Source: Lama guanicoe (Eukaryota). From it: 64,000 nucleotides of DNA. The notes beneath the pieces are model-generated. The model was given only the letters and a program-made list of their open reading frames with translations. It was not told the DNA's origin and ran no database searches. Each line of letters begins with the position of its first letter. Position 1 is the stretch's first letter. Of this stretch, positions 1 through 13,369 are shown one piece after another. Both the position numbers and the translations under genes were made by a program. Where the stretch lies: the NCBI GenBank assembly GCA_013239625.1, contig MU053652.1, positions 8,754,077-8,818,076 on the forward strand, in the 5' to 3' direction.

Positions 1-280
1 AAAATTGTTCCAGAAATACTGTACCAGTACCACAACCAACCATAAACTTACAAATGGTCAGTATTTCTTTGCAGTCCCTTTTGTCCGTAGAATATATCCC
101 AGTAAAGATGTATGTCTGATTACATCTTTTAAAATTAACCCAGTGCAATCGAAGATAAAACTTCTTATTTATATTCTAAATGGTAAAAATCACCAAAAAT
201 ACCGCAGGTTCAGTCATTATGGAGATTTCTTTCAATAGATCTATCAGATAATAGTTTTCACCCAAGCAACTCACTAAAGG

Positions 281-462
281 TTTTTGGGTTTTTTGTTGGT
301 ATTTTTTTGGTTTTGGTTTTTAAATTTTTGTTTTGTTTTGTTTTTCTTTGGGGGGTGAGTAATTAGGTTTATTGATTTGTTTTTAGAGGAGGTATTGGGG
401 ATTGAACCCAGGACCTCCTACATGCTAAGCATGTGCTCTACCACTTGAGCTGTACCCTGCCC
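281..462 (-). mobile_element. tRNA-Ala-derived SINE (camelid vic-1 type)
   Basis: Reverse strand reads ...agctcaagtggtagagcacatgcttagcatg...gggttcaatccccaatacctcc (A and B boxes) followed by an A-rich tail. TSD-like actaaaggtttt (273-284) / actgaaggtttt (464-475). Confidence 0.9.
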
Positions 463-539
463 TACTGAAGGTTTTATTAGATCAGTTTTGCCATGCTAAG
501 TAAGGTTGGCTCTGTTGACTTTTTATCAATCATGATCTA

Positions 540-825
540 GAGGCTTTTACCCTCTGGACCTCAAAACCCTTGTCTGTAAATTGAGCTGAATGAGATAAAA
601 ACCCTGCGATAATTTCTAGTTCTCATTCTCATTGTATTGGTTTGCTGATTGCTGTTACTGCTCACTATTCAAATATCCCATTTAATCCTCTTTGGTAGGA
701 ACAGTCCATACTTAGTTAAAGTGAGATTCAAAGGTTTAGACCACTCAGCAGTTGCAGGGGTCAGGTTTTGAACTTGAGTTTTCTGACCCAAAGTCTATGC
801 CCTAAGACAAATTAAACACTACATT
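540..825. mobile_element. Degenerate MIR fragments (both orientations)
   Basis: MIR-like ttttaccctctggacctc...tgtctgtaaa and reverse-type tttgaacttgag...ctgacccaaagtc. Confidence 0.45.
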
Positions 826-1074
826 TGCTAAGATGACGAAATGTGACTTTTTTACAAATTAATGGTGTTGACATGGACCAATTTAATTTCATGACTTAAA
901 GCAGGAACCAAATATTATTCAAACTAAAGTGATTTCATGCACAGTTATTTAACACCTTTTATATCATTTTATAGAGTGATTTGAATCTTAGTAGGGTACT
1001 CTCTGGCTGCTTTTATTACTTTTATTTGTGTTGGCGCATCTCAGCGCTGTGTCCATGTAAGAACTGCTTTGAGG

Positions 1075-1250
1075 AGTGTTCAGAAAGATCTCAAGTTCTG
1101 GGTCTGCACTTTTCTTTTAGTCTGTTTAGGGTGAGCCCAGGGAGGAGCATTTTAAGGACTTCTCGGGAGATGCTGATGTGCATGTAGGGTTGAGACACAC
1201 TGGCACAAACAGAATCTCTGACACTCAAGCACAACTAGGGTTGAGAACTA
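1075..1250. mobile_element. MER5-type hAT-Charlie MITE fragment
   Basis: gggtgagcccaggga...gcattttaa...gatgctgatg...gggttgagacacactg resembles the MER5 end. Confidence 0.55.
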
Positions 1251-3789
1251 GTGACTCATAAGAATAAGAAAAAAAACTATTATAGCACATAGTTTTATGA
1301 AAAGATAGCTCAAATTTAAATAGGAATTGGGCAGTGGAGGGTTATATCTTTGGCAAGTGCTTGGCATGCAAATTTTATTTGTAAATGGCAGATGCCAATA
1401 GCTATTTATGGAAACAGAGGTGGCATATGGAGATTTTTCATCTGAATTGGTGGCCAGCTCTCCAGCAGGTGCTAAGGGAATACCTGGAGGCAGAATACAG
1501 GGAGTTTTTCTTATTATGAGTATATAATAGCAGGTAAATAGTGGGCCAGTTAAGCGCCCAAAAATACACAGTTCATCATAATCAAGATGATTGTGCCTAA
1601 AACTTTTAAAAGCCATATAAAAATGTAAATAATCCCACAAGATGTCTATTTGTGGGCAGTACAGTTTCCACTGAGTCTTTCAGAATGAATTATTGTACTC
1701 CTGGGTACTACTTAGCTTGCCAAATGGTGTTCTTGAGTACAAAATGATTTTTTGAAGTTTCTACCTAAATAACTTTTTTGTTTTAGAAGTGTTGCTACAA
1801 AGACATTCTTTCTGACAGTTGTTAGAAAAATAACCTATCATTTGTTCATACATGCTCAGTTCACGGCCTTGGCACTGCATTATCAGTATACACAGGAGGG
1901 TACTGGTTCTTCTGCCTCCCTGAGGATGCAGAAGCATATAAATCAGAGAATCTATTTTCCTTTACAGTGCAGTGGAGCTAGAAGCTAGAATGTTGTCTTT
2001 TTATCATTTGATTAAATAATATTTCAAAGATAGCAAAAAGCTAAAAGTTTGCTCCCTTCTTAGACATTTTGAGAGTAGTAATATTCTTGTAGTTAAGGTT
2101 TTCACTTCTTGTATCTCTCATCTTTTTTTTTTCTGTTTGAATATCTACACTTCTGTTTAACATTTCTTAGTATGGAGATGTTCATACCTAATAATTCAAA
2201 GTGACAATCATTATGCTTGTTTTATAAATGTAAATAATATATGGAAATAGCAGGTGGTGGTTAATTTCAGGTGCATTTAAAATATTAAGATAAATTAGCC
2301 TTGCTCAATTGATTACTCCATTAACGTGAACGATTATCTTTCAAGCAACTTGTTATGTCTTAATGTAGCAAGTAAAAATTAGCTTATATGTTTGCCTTTT
2401 TCATCAAGTTGTTTCTTCAGGGGTTCTATGATGCAGCAAAGGAGGTCCACCTAAGGAGTTAGCAGAATATTCATGATTTTTGTTTGTTTCTGAAACTTGA
2501 CAGAAGAGAAGAGAAATAGTGTATTCACACATCTGTCTTCTTGGGAGATAAATACTGTCTTAGGAACTCTTAATTCACTGGTCAGTTTAATTTTCACTTT
2601 TTTGTCCCTCTTGTTTTTCTGGAGCATATCCTTTTTAGTTTTTCTCATTTACGTAGTTCTGATTAAGTTGAATTCTCTTAAATAAGTTCCTCATATATGG
2701 TAAAAATTTTAGGCCCTGTATTATTTTAGCCGAGCTCAGGATATGTAACTGTATATCCCATATGTATGGCTGGTTAGGAGCTACAGAGATTAAAACATGG
2801 CCTTAATTGCCTGGTTTATAGTCAGTCATCATCAGACTACATATTTCAACACACAAAGTAAGAACAGATAGATGTTTTATTGAATAATTAACAATCCTAA
2901 CTTTTCACAAATAATTGTACAGTTAAATTCATAAAAATCACTTGAGGCCTTCCCTTCACTCATACAAAACTTGTATTTGAGGATTAAACTTTCCAGCATT
3001 ATATAAATTTGGTTCAGCTACATATGAATCAAAAACGCATTAGAAAAGCTGCGAGTGAAATATTAATCATAGGCATTTTTCTTCAATTTGAGAGCAAAAT
3101 TTAATATCCAATTTTATTGAAATAGCTGGCACCAGATGACTGCTATTTTAGCCGGCAAATTAATATCATTTGCTGCAAAAATGGGATGGTAATTCATTTC
3201 ATTTCATGTATGTCTAATTCAACTCACCACACAGAGTAAACTTTTATTTTTGTAGTTCTGACAGATAGTATCCCTTTTCTGAAACGAAAAATCACAGAAA
3301 AGCTCTCCTTCCTCCTTTAATCCTTTCACGTAGCCGTTTCTCAGAACCCTTTGTTGTCATATCTCAGAAGCCATGCCAGTGATGAGAATCAGGATCACAG
3401 ATAGATGAAGGGCCAGAGATCATATATGGTGCAAAGTCTTAATATTTTTTGTAGCAGCAATTAATTATGTCTGGCTCGTTAATCATATACTGGGAAGTGC
3501 CAGAGGATATGACTTACCATCCCAATTCCCTGGAAAGGAGAGTTTGGTAACATGCATCATTTGTTCCTCAGTGAGCCCACCTCAGACCTTCTCTGATGAG
3601 TTGGCTGGCATCCTCGCTGTAGAGGCAGAGGAAAGTGTTTTTTTGCTTTCTCACCATCAAAAGATCAAGTTATAAATAAGCATCCTCCAGGGTGGGTCCA
3701 TGTGGGTGATTATAGTAGCGGAAAAATAGAGACCTGCCTCGGTCCCAGATAGAGCAAGTATTCGATGTACACAATGTACAAATTCTTTA

Positions 3790-6500
3790 TTTCCAATGGG
3801 TATGTAGTGTTATTTCATTACGGTTTTAATTTGCACTTCTCTAACAACTAATACTAATGCTGAACATCTTTTTGCATGCTTACTTGTCATCTGTACATCT
3901 TCTTTGATGAAGAATCTGTTCAGATATTTTCCCCAATTTTTGGGGGGGTCCACATGTTTTCTTATTCTTGAGATTAAAAAGACTGTAATATATTGTTTAC
4001 ACATCTTTTATCAGGTATATGATTTGTAAATATTTTTCTCCCAGTATTCCACTTGTCTTTTCATTCTGTTAACAGTGTTTTTCAAAGAGCAAATGTTTTC
4101 AGTTTTGAAGAAGTCCAGTTTATGATTTTTTTTCTTTTATGGCTTGTGCTTTTGGTGCTGTATTTAAGAACTCTTTACCTAACCCAAGGTCAGTATTCTC
4201 CTTTGCTTTCATCTAGAGGTTTTATAGTTTCAGATTTTTAGACTTGGAACTTTGATCCATTTTAGTTAATTTTTATATTTAGAGCTATACATAGATCAAA
4301 GCTCACTTTTTAATATATGAATATCAATTATTCTAGTACCATTTGTTGAAAAGACTTTCTTCACTGGATTTCCTTAGCATTTGTGTTGAAAATCAATTGT
4401 CTACATGTTTATTAGGTCTATTTATGGACTCTCTATTCTGTTCCCTTGGTCTGTTTTCATATCTCAATGCCAATAGCGCATTGCCATGATTACTTTAGCT
4501 TTATTTTAAGTCTATCATGTCAAGTAATGATAGCTGTCCAACTCTGTTCTGTTCTCTTTTTCCCCTACCTCCCCATTGTTTTGACTACTCTAGGTTTTGT
4601 TTTGCCCTATGGATTTTAAAATCATTTTGTAGATTTCTACCAAAAAAATGCAGTGTTGTTTTTTGTTGTTGTTGTGATTGCATTAGATCTGTAGATAATT
4701 TGGGAATTGATCAACAATGTTGGGTCTTCCAAACTTGGTATGATACACAGAGTATATCCCTCCATTTATTTAGATCTTATTTCATTCTTCACAGTGATGT
4801 CTTAATAGTTTTCAGTGTACAGGTCTTGCATTTCTTTTGCCAGAACTGTCACTCAGTATTTCATATTTTGTTGCTATTTTATATGGCATCATTTGGTTAG
4901 TTTTAATTTTTTAATTTAGATAAGGATAGTGTATTGAAATGTAATTGGCTTTTCTGTATTGATCTTCCATCCTCTAACCTTGCTAAACTCATGTACTGAT
5001 TCTAGTGACGTAAATTTATTATTTTTCCATAAGCAGTATTGTTGTTTACTTCTTTCTTTCCAATCCAGATGCTTTCATTTATTTATTTATTTTGCTTGCC
5101 TTATTGTACTTACTAGACCTCCAGTACAGTGATGAACAGAAATGGTGAAAATGGACATCCTAGTCTTGTTCTTGATCTTACGGGGAAAGCATTCAGCCTC
5201 TCAACATTAGGTTTAACATTAGTTGTAGGTTTTGGGTAGATCTCCTTCATCAGGTTGATGAAGTTCCTTCTGCTAATTTTCACTTAATCTATTTTGGCTC
5301 TAATCTTTATTGTTTGTTCTATTTTCTTTGAGTTTAATTCATGTTATTTTTTCTATTAAAGTAAAAGCTAAAGCCACTGACTTAAGAAAAAAATCTGTTT
5401 TTCTAATATAGACATTCAGTGCTATAAATGCCCACTCCCTAAATGTTGCTCTAGTGGCATCCCACAAATTTTTATATTTTTTTCTCATATTCATCCTGTT
5501 CAAGATACTAAGTTTTATTTTGATTTCTTCTTTGACCTATGGGTTATTCAAAGTGTGTTAGTTTCCTCATATATGAAAGTTTTCAGAGTTCTCTCTAGTG
5601 TATCTAACTAAAGTCTATTGTGTGTAGAGAATATACTTTATATGACTTGGATCCTTTTTACATGTATTGATGGTTAGTTTGTAGCATATAATATGGTCCA
5701 TCTAGTGAATGTTTCACATTCACAGTTGAAAAGACTGCATATTCTTCTATTTAGTAGAGTTTTATAAATGTCAGACAGTTCAAGTTATTGTGCAAGTTTC
5801 CATTTCCTTATTGATATTGTATCTACTTTCTAAAAAGCAATCAGAGATTGCCAACTGAGAGATTGATAGTAATCTTGAGTATAATTTTGGATATGTTCTA
5901 CCATTTTTTGCTGCTTGTATTTTGAAGACATATTATTGGGCACATAAATATTTAGGATTCCTGTTTTCTTTTCATTAACTGACTGCTTTCTCATTATGAA
6001 GTGACTTCTTTATCACTGGTGACATACTTTGCTTTAAAATCTTCTTCATCTTAGCCATCTCAGCTTTCTTTTAGTTAGAGTTAGTGTATTATATCCATCT
6101 TTTAATATATTTGTTTCTTTACATTTAAAATAATGTTTATTGAAGCAGCATGTGATTGGGTATTTATTTTTTATTCAGTCTGAAAACTTCTTCCTTTCAA
6201 TCAGTACTTTAAACTATATTTGAATATGATTATTGATATGATATGATTAAGTTTAAATCTGTCATTTACCTGTTTTTTCTCCATCTTATATGTTCCTTAT
6301 TTCCTTTTTCCTCTTTTTCTTCCTCTTTTAGGCTAATTGAGTATTTTTATGGTTCTATTTTTTATCTTCTTTGTTGGCTTATTTTTGATAACTGTTATTT
6401 TAAGTGTTTAACTCATCACACTCTAACTTCAGGTGATATGATGATGATATTATAACACTTCATGCATAGTTTACGAACCTTACAATATTATATCTCCATT
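3790..6500 (-). mobile_element. Old LINE-1 (L1M) ORF2 fragments, antisense to CADPS2
   Basis: Typical antisense L1 text (ttttaatttgcacttctctaa, ccatttgttgaaaagact, ggacatcctagtcttgttcttgatctt). ORF 3810-4004(-) contains the L1 ORF2-like EDVQMTSKHAKRCS...REVQIKT. Heavily degraded, with an internal deletion near 5270. Confidence 0.88.
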
Positions 6501-8659
6501 TCCCATTTTAGGTAAGACCTAGACATATTATTTCAGCAACACCATCTGTCTAACAGCTCTGACCCACAATATATGTCCAATTATTGTTGGAGTGACAGAT
6601 GAACAAATGAACAACTCTCCTGAAGTTTGATTCAGTTTCATTTCTTTTGTGCAAGGTTATAGTAGACAGTAGAGTAAGTTGCTTTTGTTTGGACACCTGA
6701 GCTCCCTAACTCATCAATTGCAGAATGATATCTAGCTTGGATCCTGTAACAAGAGTAGGTTCTAAGATGTTCAGCCCATCTCTTAGTCATGATATGCAGG
6801 AGAAGCAGGTTGGGACATCCTCAAGTCCATTACTAATGTCTCTTTTTAGTTACTGCATTAAGAAGTCCCTGTAAATCTTGAAACTGCCCAAAACCAACCA
6901 CTCAAGAATAACCACCTTTATTGTGTTTAGCACGGATAACAAAACAACTAAGTACTTTTATTCCCTGATCGCTTTTATTATAAGTATTGTTTAAGTCAAA
7001 AATAAAAAGTCTTTAGATCAAAGATGTAAGATTCAACTTAGTTGGTTGTTGAGCATCACAATCTGAAAAGTTTGAAACCTTCTTCCAGAAGACATTTATT
7101 CTGATCTTGGCTCCACCATAACAGCCATGAGGGCATGAAAAGCCACTTAACCTCTCTTCCTCTTCCTTGACCTTTATTCCTCACCACCCTTCCATCTTAT
7201 CATATTTTTCTTAATTCATTCAATTCTTTGGAGCATGTGAAAATGTAACATCAAGATTTCTTAACTTCATACTCTCCTGTCTGTCTTCCTTTTCCATGAT
7301 TCAAATGATTTCTGACTAGTTTGCATATATATAGAATGACAAATTGGGAAGATTTTCATGAATCTTATTTTGGCAGATTGTTAGGTTGTAATTATTAGAC
7401 CTCACATCGATTTCTCATTCAAATGGAGAATAATAATTCACCCCCACTCTTCGAGGCGGTAGTTGGTTTTTAGTATAAACACCAATATTTATCTGTAAAT
7501 TGGTCAATCCTCAAACATTTTGCTGTAATTGTCTTCAGTTTAAGAATGCAGCTGAAGTAATCCAAGTTTAGATGTTATCGTAACTTCCTCCTTTCCATGC
7601 TACCATTGTATGTATAGATTGATAGAAATAAAATTGGTTTGGCTCTAAGAATTCTTATAGTGCTTAATAACCAAAGAGTGAAAACAGAGCTAAATTAGTT
7701 ATTATAATGTTTGTGAAATAATTAAGGGAATGTGTTAGGGAGGGAATGTAAAACTGAAAGTGTCTATTGTTAATCATGAAGTAATTTTCCTTAGCTATTC
7801 GTTTAACTTCAGTGTCAAGTTATTTACATAACAGGGCAATGCCTATCTTTTAAGGGTGATGTGAGAATTAATTTAAATTTCACAAAGCACTTTGAGACAC
7901 TGAGTTGAAAAGTTCTTCATAAATGCCAGGCATTATTATAACCAGACTAGTAAAAAGAAACAATAAAGCTACTCATGCAGTGTCCTCTAATAGAAACTAT
8001 ATTGGTAAGGAAATAGAAAGGTTACTGCTATTCATAATTTATGACTGAGGGGAATAGATCAAGAATAATAATAATGCTTTCCTGTCTAGATAAGTCTTAA
8101 AGATATAGGTGTTGCTGTGACGGGATATATTGCTCCATTCAAGGAGAAGTATGAAATTAATACACTACAAGCAATGAAAGTGATCTATTAAGATGAATGA
8201 AAGACAGTATCTTTAATTCAGCCATGAAAAATATAGTGACAGACTTGACTATGCCTTTAGACTTTGAAATAGAAGATATAATCCTTGATCATTTGGGTGT
8301 ATGGAACTTGAAATTTGTTAGAAATGCATGGTGGTTTTCATTCTAGTAACGAAAATAATTTGTCTCATTGTGAATCCTTTTTTATTTTTATTTTTTATGT
8401 ATGATAAGGAAAGTCAAAGCTTTGTTTAAATTAATTAACATAAAATGAGAAAAAAATTTCAAAAGATTTTATACAAGCAGAATGCTTCAGGAATGTGAGA
8501 GAAATAATCACACACAAAAGCATCTTGTTAAAGTAATCAAAGAATGCTAGAAATCAGTATGTAAAAATATCCTTGAATCACAAGGTTAGCAGAAAAAATT
8601 TAAAAGGTAAACCTAAATTGAGTATTCTTTTATAACCGAATCTCAGCTTTTATTGTCTG

Positions 8660-9111
8660 TGTATCAGTTTTCTATTGCAACTTCAATAACAAATTACCAA
8701 AAACTTGGTGGCCTACAACAATACATATGTATTAAGTTTATAGTTGTGATGGTCAGAAGTTCAAAGCGAATCTTGGTGGGCTAAAATTAAGGTGTTGTCA
8801 GTGTTGCGTTCCTTTCCAGAGGATCTAAGGGAGAATGCAATTTTTCACCTTTTTCAGCTTCTAGAGGCTGAGGCTGCCTGTATTTTTTGGCTCATGCATG
8901 GTCCTCTTTCATTTCCAGAACCAGCAATGGCTGGTCAAGTGTTTCTCTTGTGGGCATTGGCCCCAGCTGGATAATCTAGAATCTCCTGCCTTTCTTAAGG
9001 CCAGCTAATTAGTGATCTTGATTTCCCCTTTGCCATGAAAGTAACATATTCACAGGTTCTGGGGAGATTAGGACTAGGCATCTCTGGGAGATTGTTATTT
9101 TACCTGGTACA
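8660..9111 (-). mobile_element. MaLR solo LTR (MLT1C/D/E-like)
   Basis: Begins tgtatcagttttctattg...aacaaattaccaaaaacttggtggc, contains ccttttttcagcttctagaggctg-like text and ends cacaggttctgggg...taca. Confidence 0.82.
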
Positions 9112-9379
9112 GTCCAGAAATAGAAAGATGAGAGTTTCATAAATTTTCAGAGACTGGCAAGTAAATGACATACAAATTTTGGCATTTACTACTGTTACGT
9201 TCTATTACCAAATTTTGGCAATACTTTAGTTGGCAAGCTTTTTTCTCATTTCACCTCAATGAAGTATCAATTTCAAGTTTACATTTTTGTTTCTAATTTC
9301 TCTAAGCCTCCACCTATTTATCCAATCAACCAACCAAGCCGTCAGCCGACAAGTACTTGGTAAGTGTCTAGTATAGGAT

Positions 9380-9752
9380 GTGAAGCAGCATGGATGGACC
9401 TAGACAATATTATGCTTAGTGAAGTAAGACAGAGAAGGACAGATGCTACGTGTTATACGTGGAAACTAAAAAGTAAATGTATATACAAAACAGACAGATT
9501 AACAGATACAGGAGACAAACTTGTGATTACCAAAGGAGGGAAGGGAAAGGGGAGGGCAGAGGGACAAATTAGGGGTCTGGAATTAACAGATACAAACTAT
9601 TACATATAAAAAAGATAAACAACAAGGATATATTGTATAGCCATTATTTTGTAATAACATATAATGGAATATAATCTGCAAAAGTATTGAATCACTGTAC
9701 TGTACATTTGAAACTAACACAATATTGTAAATCAACTATACTTCAATTTTTC
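9380..9752 (+). mobile_element. 5'-truncated LINE-1 3' end (artiodactyl-type 3' UTR)
   Basis: Encodes the ORF2 C-terminal motif AAWMDLDNIMLSEVRQ, then a G-rich 3' UTR ending gaaactaacacaatattgtaaatcaactatacttcaat. Confidence 0.88.
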
Positions 9753-10079
9753 AACAAATGGCTTGATTAAAGTTACTGGCTTAAATTACCCTATGACCCA
9801 CAGGTGAACTGCTCTGTGTATCACACAGTATTTCCTTCCGTTAGGGAGCATACTCTGCTAAACGCATTCCACAAGCCCCTTCCTGTGATGGTTCATTATA
9901 AGCAGAGATACCAGAAAAGATTTGGGAATAACTTACACACCTTGCTGTTTCTTACTCATGCTATCTCTCCAACTCCCATTATTGAAATAACGAAGCTTAT
10001 AATCTCTATTTTTAAAAAGTTTATGCCAAAAATATATATAATATTTTCTTCTTTTACTCATTTTTAAAGGCCTTTCTTT

Positions 10080-10200
10080 GTTTTAATATATATGTATTTA
10101 TTTATATTGAAGTGCCATCAGTTACAATATGTCAATTTCTAGTGTACAGCACAATGTCCCAGTCATGCATATAAACATATATATTCGTTTTCATATTCTT
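10080..10200 (-). mobile_element. Very short LINE-1 3' end (camelid-type)
   Basis: attgaagt...cagttacaatatgtcaatttctagtgtacagcacaatgtcccagtcatgcat is the reverse complement of the L1 tail at 53760-53840. Flanked by aaaggcct(t/c)tcttt direct repeats. Confidence 0.85.
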
Positions 10201-10214
10201 AAAAAGGCCTCTCT

Positions 10215-10337
10215 TTTTTTCTTTTTTTAAATTTTTTTGAGGAGGGTAGGTAATTAGGTTTACTTACTTATTTTTAGAGAAGATACTGAGGATTGAATCC
10301 AGGACCTCGTGCATGCTAAGCATGCACTCTACCACTT
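10215..10337 (-). mobile_element. vic-1 type SINE, 5'-truncated
   Basis: ggtaattaggtttac...gattgaatccaggacctcgtgcatgctaagcatgcactctaccactt; the first bases of the tRNA-like head are missing. Confidence 0.88.
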
Positions 10338-10519
10338 AAAAACCTTTCCTATCAACAACAAAAAAGTACTGTATAGAAGGAAGGAGCTGTGTAATTCTCT
10401 GTCAGACCAAGAACACATTTTGTAAGGGGTTGGGAGTTTGATCAGTTCTATACTGTAAATTCCAGGCTTCTTCCAGCTTTGAAAATAAAGAGAACTGGAT
10501 TTAGCCCACGGATGACAAG

Positions 10520-10740
10520 GTTGACAGAAGACTTAATGCTAATCCTTAGATATACAAAAGAGCATTGTGTTCGTGAGAGTGAGCAGGTGTTATTTGTTTC
10601 AGCTAAGTAGGACAGGAAACAGTGATATTAAATCAAAGGAGAAATAATTTAGACTAAGCGACCTCAAGTGTATTAAAACACTGGAAAATGTTACTAAGAA
10701 GGGTGTGGAATTCTCTCAGAAAAATCTTACAATTCATCTC
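10520..10740 (+). mobile_element. Ancient CR1/L3 LINE 3' ORF2 fragment
   Basis: agacttaatgctaatccttagatat...tttagacta...aaacactggaaaatgttactaagaagggtgtggaattctctc resembles the CR1 C-terminal FRL...WNxLPxEVVESPS region. Confidence 0.55.
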
Positions 10741-11389
10741 CACAAACTGAAAATATAGGGCTCTGATATTGGAGAAAATACATGCTAGTTATTAACCTGG
10801 GCTAAATAAAAGTTTATTGAAATGAAGTAAATGCAGTTAGCCCTTTCACAGTATATACTTTCTGAAGGTTCTAAGCTCTCAGGAAGGTGCTTGAAAGCTT
10901 CACAAGAATAGTCATCATGAATCTTTGCTAAACTATAAAGTTTACTGTCAGTTGAAAGAGAAAGATAGAAAAATGTCAACGGAACCCCAGATGTCAAGGT
11001 TTCTCATAGAGATAGCTCTATTTATCTGGAGTGGTGTTCCCTTGGGCATTTCCTTAAAATACCCTGTGTCTCTAGGACATCTGATTGTCAGCAAAAAAAT
11101 TTAATCACAAATTGAAACGGTTCCAGCTAAAAGCATTTTCAGTCCTTTCTTACTGTGTTTTAAAGATGTATTTCTAAGGCCATGTCATTTAGTAATTGGG
11201 TGTTCAGCAGCTGACCACACATTGACTCACATGACTCCTCTCCAGGATTTGCACAGCTGGATAGAAGAGGATTATTCTTTACAGGAGAACGTGAAATTTT
11301 AATTATATCGTTCTCTGGCTTAGAAGCATTTTTTGACTACGTGTTATGGGATAACAGACAAGCTCCTTAGCAAAACATGTGCTTTAACA

Positions 11390-11890
11390 GTCTCTCCCTA
11401 GTCTTCCTTTCTGATCTCACCTATTAGCACAACTTTCCCATTTCCTCACCCTCTTCAAGCTCCCTGACAATATCCTCATCCCCTCTGCCTTTGCACTAGA
11501 TGCCCCTTCTAGCCAAAGTGATCTTGCTCATTTTGCCTCATTTTGTTCACTTAAGAGTTAAGTGAAGTCTTCCCCCTTTCTTCGAATAGATTGTATCCCT
11601 CAAACCATTACAGTCTGACCTCACCTAAACTTCCTCTTGCTGAGATCTCTAATGACTTCTCTGTCGTTAAACCCAACAATAGCCTTTCCATCCCTCCTGT
11701 GCTTGACCTCTTGATTGTCATTGTTACTGATGGCCACTTCCTATTCCCTGTCACACTCTCTTCCTCGAATATAGTGCATCATAGCCTTCTGGCTTTTCTT
11801 TCTGCCTCCTTGGCCTCTGGTCTCAATTATAGAGTTCTCTTCCCTTTCCTAACCCTTAAAAGTTAGTGTTCCACAGGGTTCTCTCCTTTC
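11390..11890 (+). mobile_element. LINE-2 fragments including reverse transcriptase region
   Basis: ORF 11591-11866 (LAEISNDFSVVKPN...VLDL...DGHFLFPVTLSS) is a decayed L2 RT motif (NDL...LLDLSAAFDTVDH), followed by gttccacagggttct (VPQGS). Confidence 0.78.
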
Positions 11891-11954
11891 CTTTTGATGA
11901 GGTAGAGAACTGACATGGCAGAAAATGTGAAGAGAAATTGTATCGGTTGAAGTC

Positions 11955-12004
11955 TTTTTTTTTTGGTTTTTTGTTTGTTTGTTTGCTTGCTTGCTTGCTT
12001 TTTG
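11955..12004. repeat. Compound simple repeat Tn-(TTTG)n-(CTTG)n
   Basis: Directly visible. Confidence 0.85.
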
Positions 12005-13369
12005 GTGGGGAGCAATGGAAACTGACTGAGAATAGATCCAGAGAACAGAGAAAGAGCTGACCCATCAAGCTTGGGGAAGGACTTGAGAACCGAAGGTAGT
12101 GGTAAGAATGTCAGCGTCAGGATTGTGTGCCTTTTCTTTTTCAGGGTGCCACTTTTAGCGTGCTTCAGTTCCAACAGCTTCTTGCCTCTATCAGTCCCTT
12201 CACTATGTCTTTTAAATCGTAAATCTTACTTTTTTTTTTGGACTTCCAAATGGAACAGTGATTCCTTTCTGAGATATATCCTGATTCCTTCAAGAATTGT
12301 TGATGCCACTCATCTTTGAGCTAGATTCGTACCAAATACATTGCTTTGTTATTTCACTCCCAAGACCACAGTGCAGTTATTGTGACCATGTGGTCTTTTT
12401 TACTTCCTCTTGACTAAGACAGATTTATGGGAAAAGGTAGTGAATTGTTTTCCTCGCACCAGAGCCTGTCCCTCTCAGTTCTAGATTTTCCCCCTCAGTT
12501 TTTAGTTTTTTCAGGTTTTTGTTGAAACACTTTAGAAATTTAGAAAGTCGTGAATTCATAGGTCGTAAAGTTCAACTAGTGTGATGTATGTATGAATGTC
12601 CATGGCTTGGCTTTAATTAGTGTATCTTAGTAGAAGGAAAACAATGTAGATGTGTTAGCTTGTACAAGTGTATTTTAAGAGAAAGATCCTTTGGAACCTC
12701 ATATTAGTCTAAATATTATGGTTATGTGTATATTTACACTTTAGTTTTAAGTTTTTTCTTCCTCTGTGTTAAATTTAACAGAATTTTAAGCAAAGTATGG
12801 AGAAAAAAATTTCTGTTTTCCATTACACCTTAGCAAAGATGGAAGGTAATGCTGACTTTCTTTTTTTTATGAAGAAGCTATGTTGGCTTTATATTTAAGA
12901 TAAGATATCATAAAATGTGTTGTGTTATGCTAAGTGACAAGGCCATTTAAAGTGTTGGTGACAAAAATAAGCTAGCAGAAGCAGAAATGTGTGTAGAAAA
13001 GTTAGGAGACATGAATAGTGAAGAACAAACTACTTTGCTAAATAATGTAAGAAGCTAACTATTTTGTACAGAGCTATGATTTAATTTAGATGTGAATATA
13101 GAATTCAAGAAGAATCCTTAGTAAATTGTTATGTCTGTTAAGTATTTTAATTATTGTACCGTCAACATCAGACATCCCTCTCTGAACGTGACATAAGTCC
13201 TATTGAAGTAGAACTGTTTATCTATTTATTATGAAATAAAATTCTTCAAGCACTTACTACCTGTGACAGTCTTAGGGAGCAAAACTGTTTTAACCTACTA
13301 GTTAGTTTACTACTAAATGCTGTTACAGACAAATGATGACATTTCAATAATTTAAAACAATAGTACCTG

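Noticed and set aside
11591..11866. 91-aa ORF with reverse-transcriptase-like residues as a novel RT system
   Set aside because: Decayed LINE-2 RT fragment with degenerate motifs.
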